This document shows positions 63,697 to 64,000 of a stretch of 64,000 bases of DNA, piece by piece; positions within the stretch are counted from its first letter, which is position 1, and every line of letters starts with the position of its first letter. The stretch is from assembly GCA_046563655.1 (NCBI GenBank), contig CM102290.1, positions 9,920,001-9,984,000 on the forward strand. Direction: 5' to 3'. Position numbers and translations under genes: made by a program. This stretch comes from Yuukianura sp. NJ FZ-2021. Taxonomy: Eukaryota. Under the pieces are notes generated by a model. It was not told the origin of the DNA. It did no database searches and saw nothing but the letters and a program-made list of their open reading frames with translations.

Positions 63697-64000
63697 TCAA
63701 TCGATAGAAATAAACTGAGTACGTTGCATATCCATTTGTGATTTGGATATATCCGACAAAGCCCCTTGTAATTTCTCCAGTAACTTCTCACCACGGTCGA
63801 TGATTTCCTTGAGCTTCTGAGTTGCATCTATGTTCTCCTGTTCCAGCCGTCGAAGACTTGCCAGCTGAAAGTTAATCGAAGTATCAATTTAACTTCCAGT
63901 TAAGAATTAGTTTACGAGAAGAGTAGTTCTAGTTAGTACACCGATAACCGACAAAAAGAGTGGCAACGAACCTGAAGTTCGTGTGACGATTCCTCACTCG
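63697..64000 (-). CDS. MED21: Mediator subunit 21 (SRB7), 3' part only; absent from the ORF track
   Basis: Exon >64000-63972 (..PSEESSHELQ|GTTCGT) and last exon 63864-63697 LASLRRLEQENIDATQKLKEIIDRGEKLLEKLQGALSDISKSQMDMQRTQFISID*, matching the MED21 C-terminal pattern LPSEES..LQ.ASL..LE.EN..A...L.....RG..LLEKIQ.AL.DI..SQ. Confidence 0.92.

Overview
Eukaryotic (animal, probably ecdysozoan/arthropod-like) genomic DNA with short GT-AG introns; nearly all ORF-track calls are spurious. The window has two very different halves. (1) 1-~42.9 kb is almost entirely non-coding. It appears to be the 5' end of one large minus-strand gene, probably FoxP: small exons at ~42.6-42.9 kb, 41280-41488 and 12873-12986, with the rest off the left edge. 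Its introns show a ~1 kb periodic architecture: G-rich flank, switch point, C/A-rich flank, then an AT-rich spacer made of a decayed minisatellite or MITE. They also carry a strongly enriched GGAGAAAG motif, three perfect DR1 nuclear-receptor elements and an AP-1 cluster. (2) 43.5-64 kb is gene-dense: CZIB/C1orf123 (+), Musashi/Rbp6-type RRM protein (-), an unexplained multi-exon + strand unit at 53.5-55.5 kb, ORC5 (-), SET1/SETD1 H3K4 methyltransferase (+) and the 3' end of MED21 (-). Two intact MITEs with TIRs and target-site duplications are present (10953-11512, 52334-52869). Exon structures were derived by hand from splice signals and frame continuity; family calls rest on recalled motifs, with no database search.
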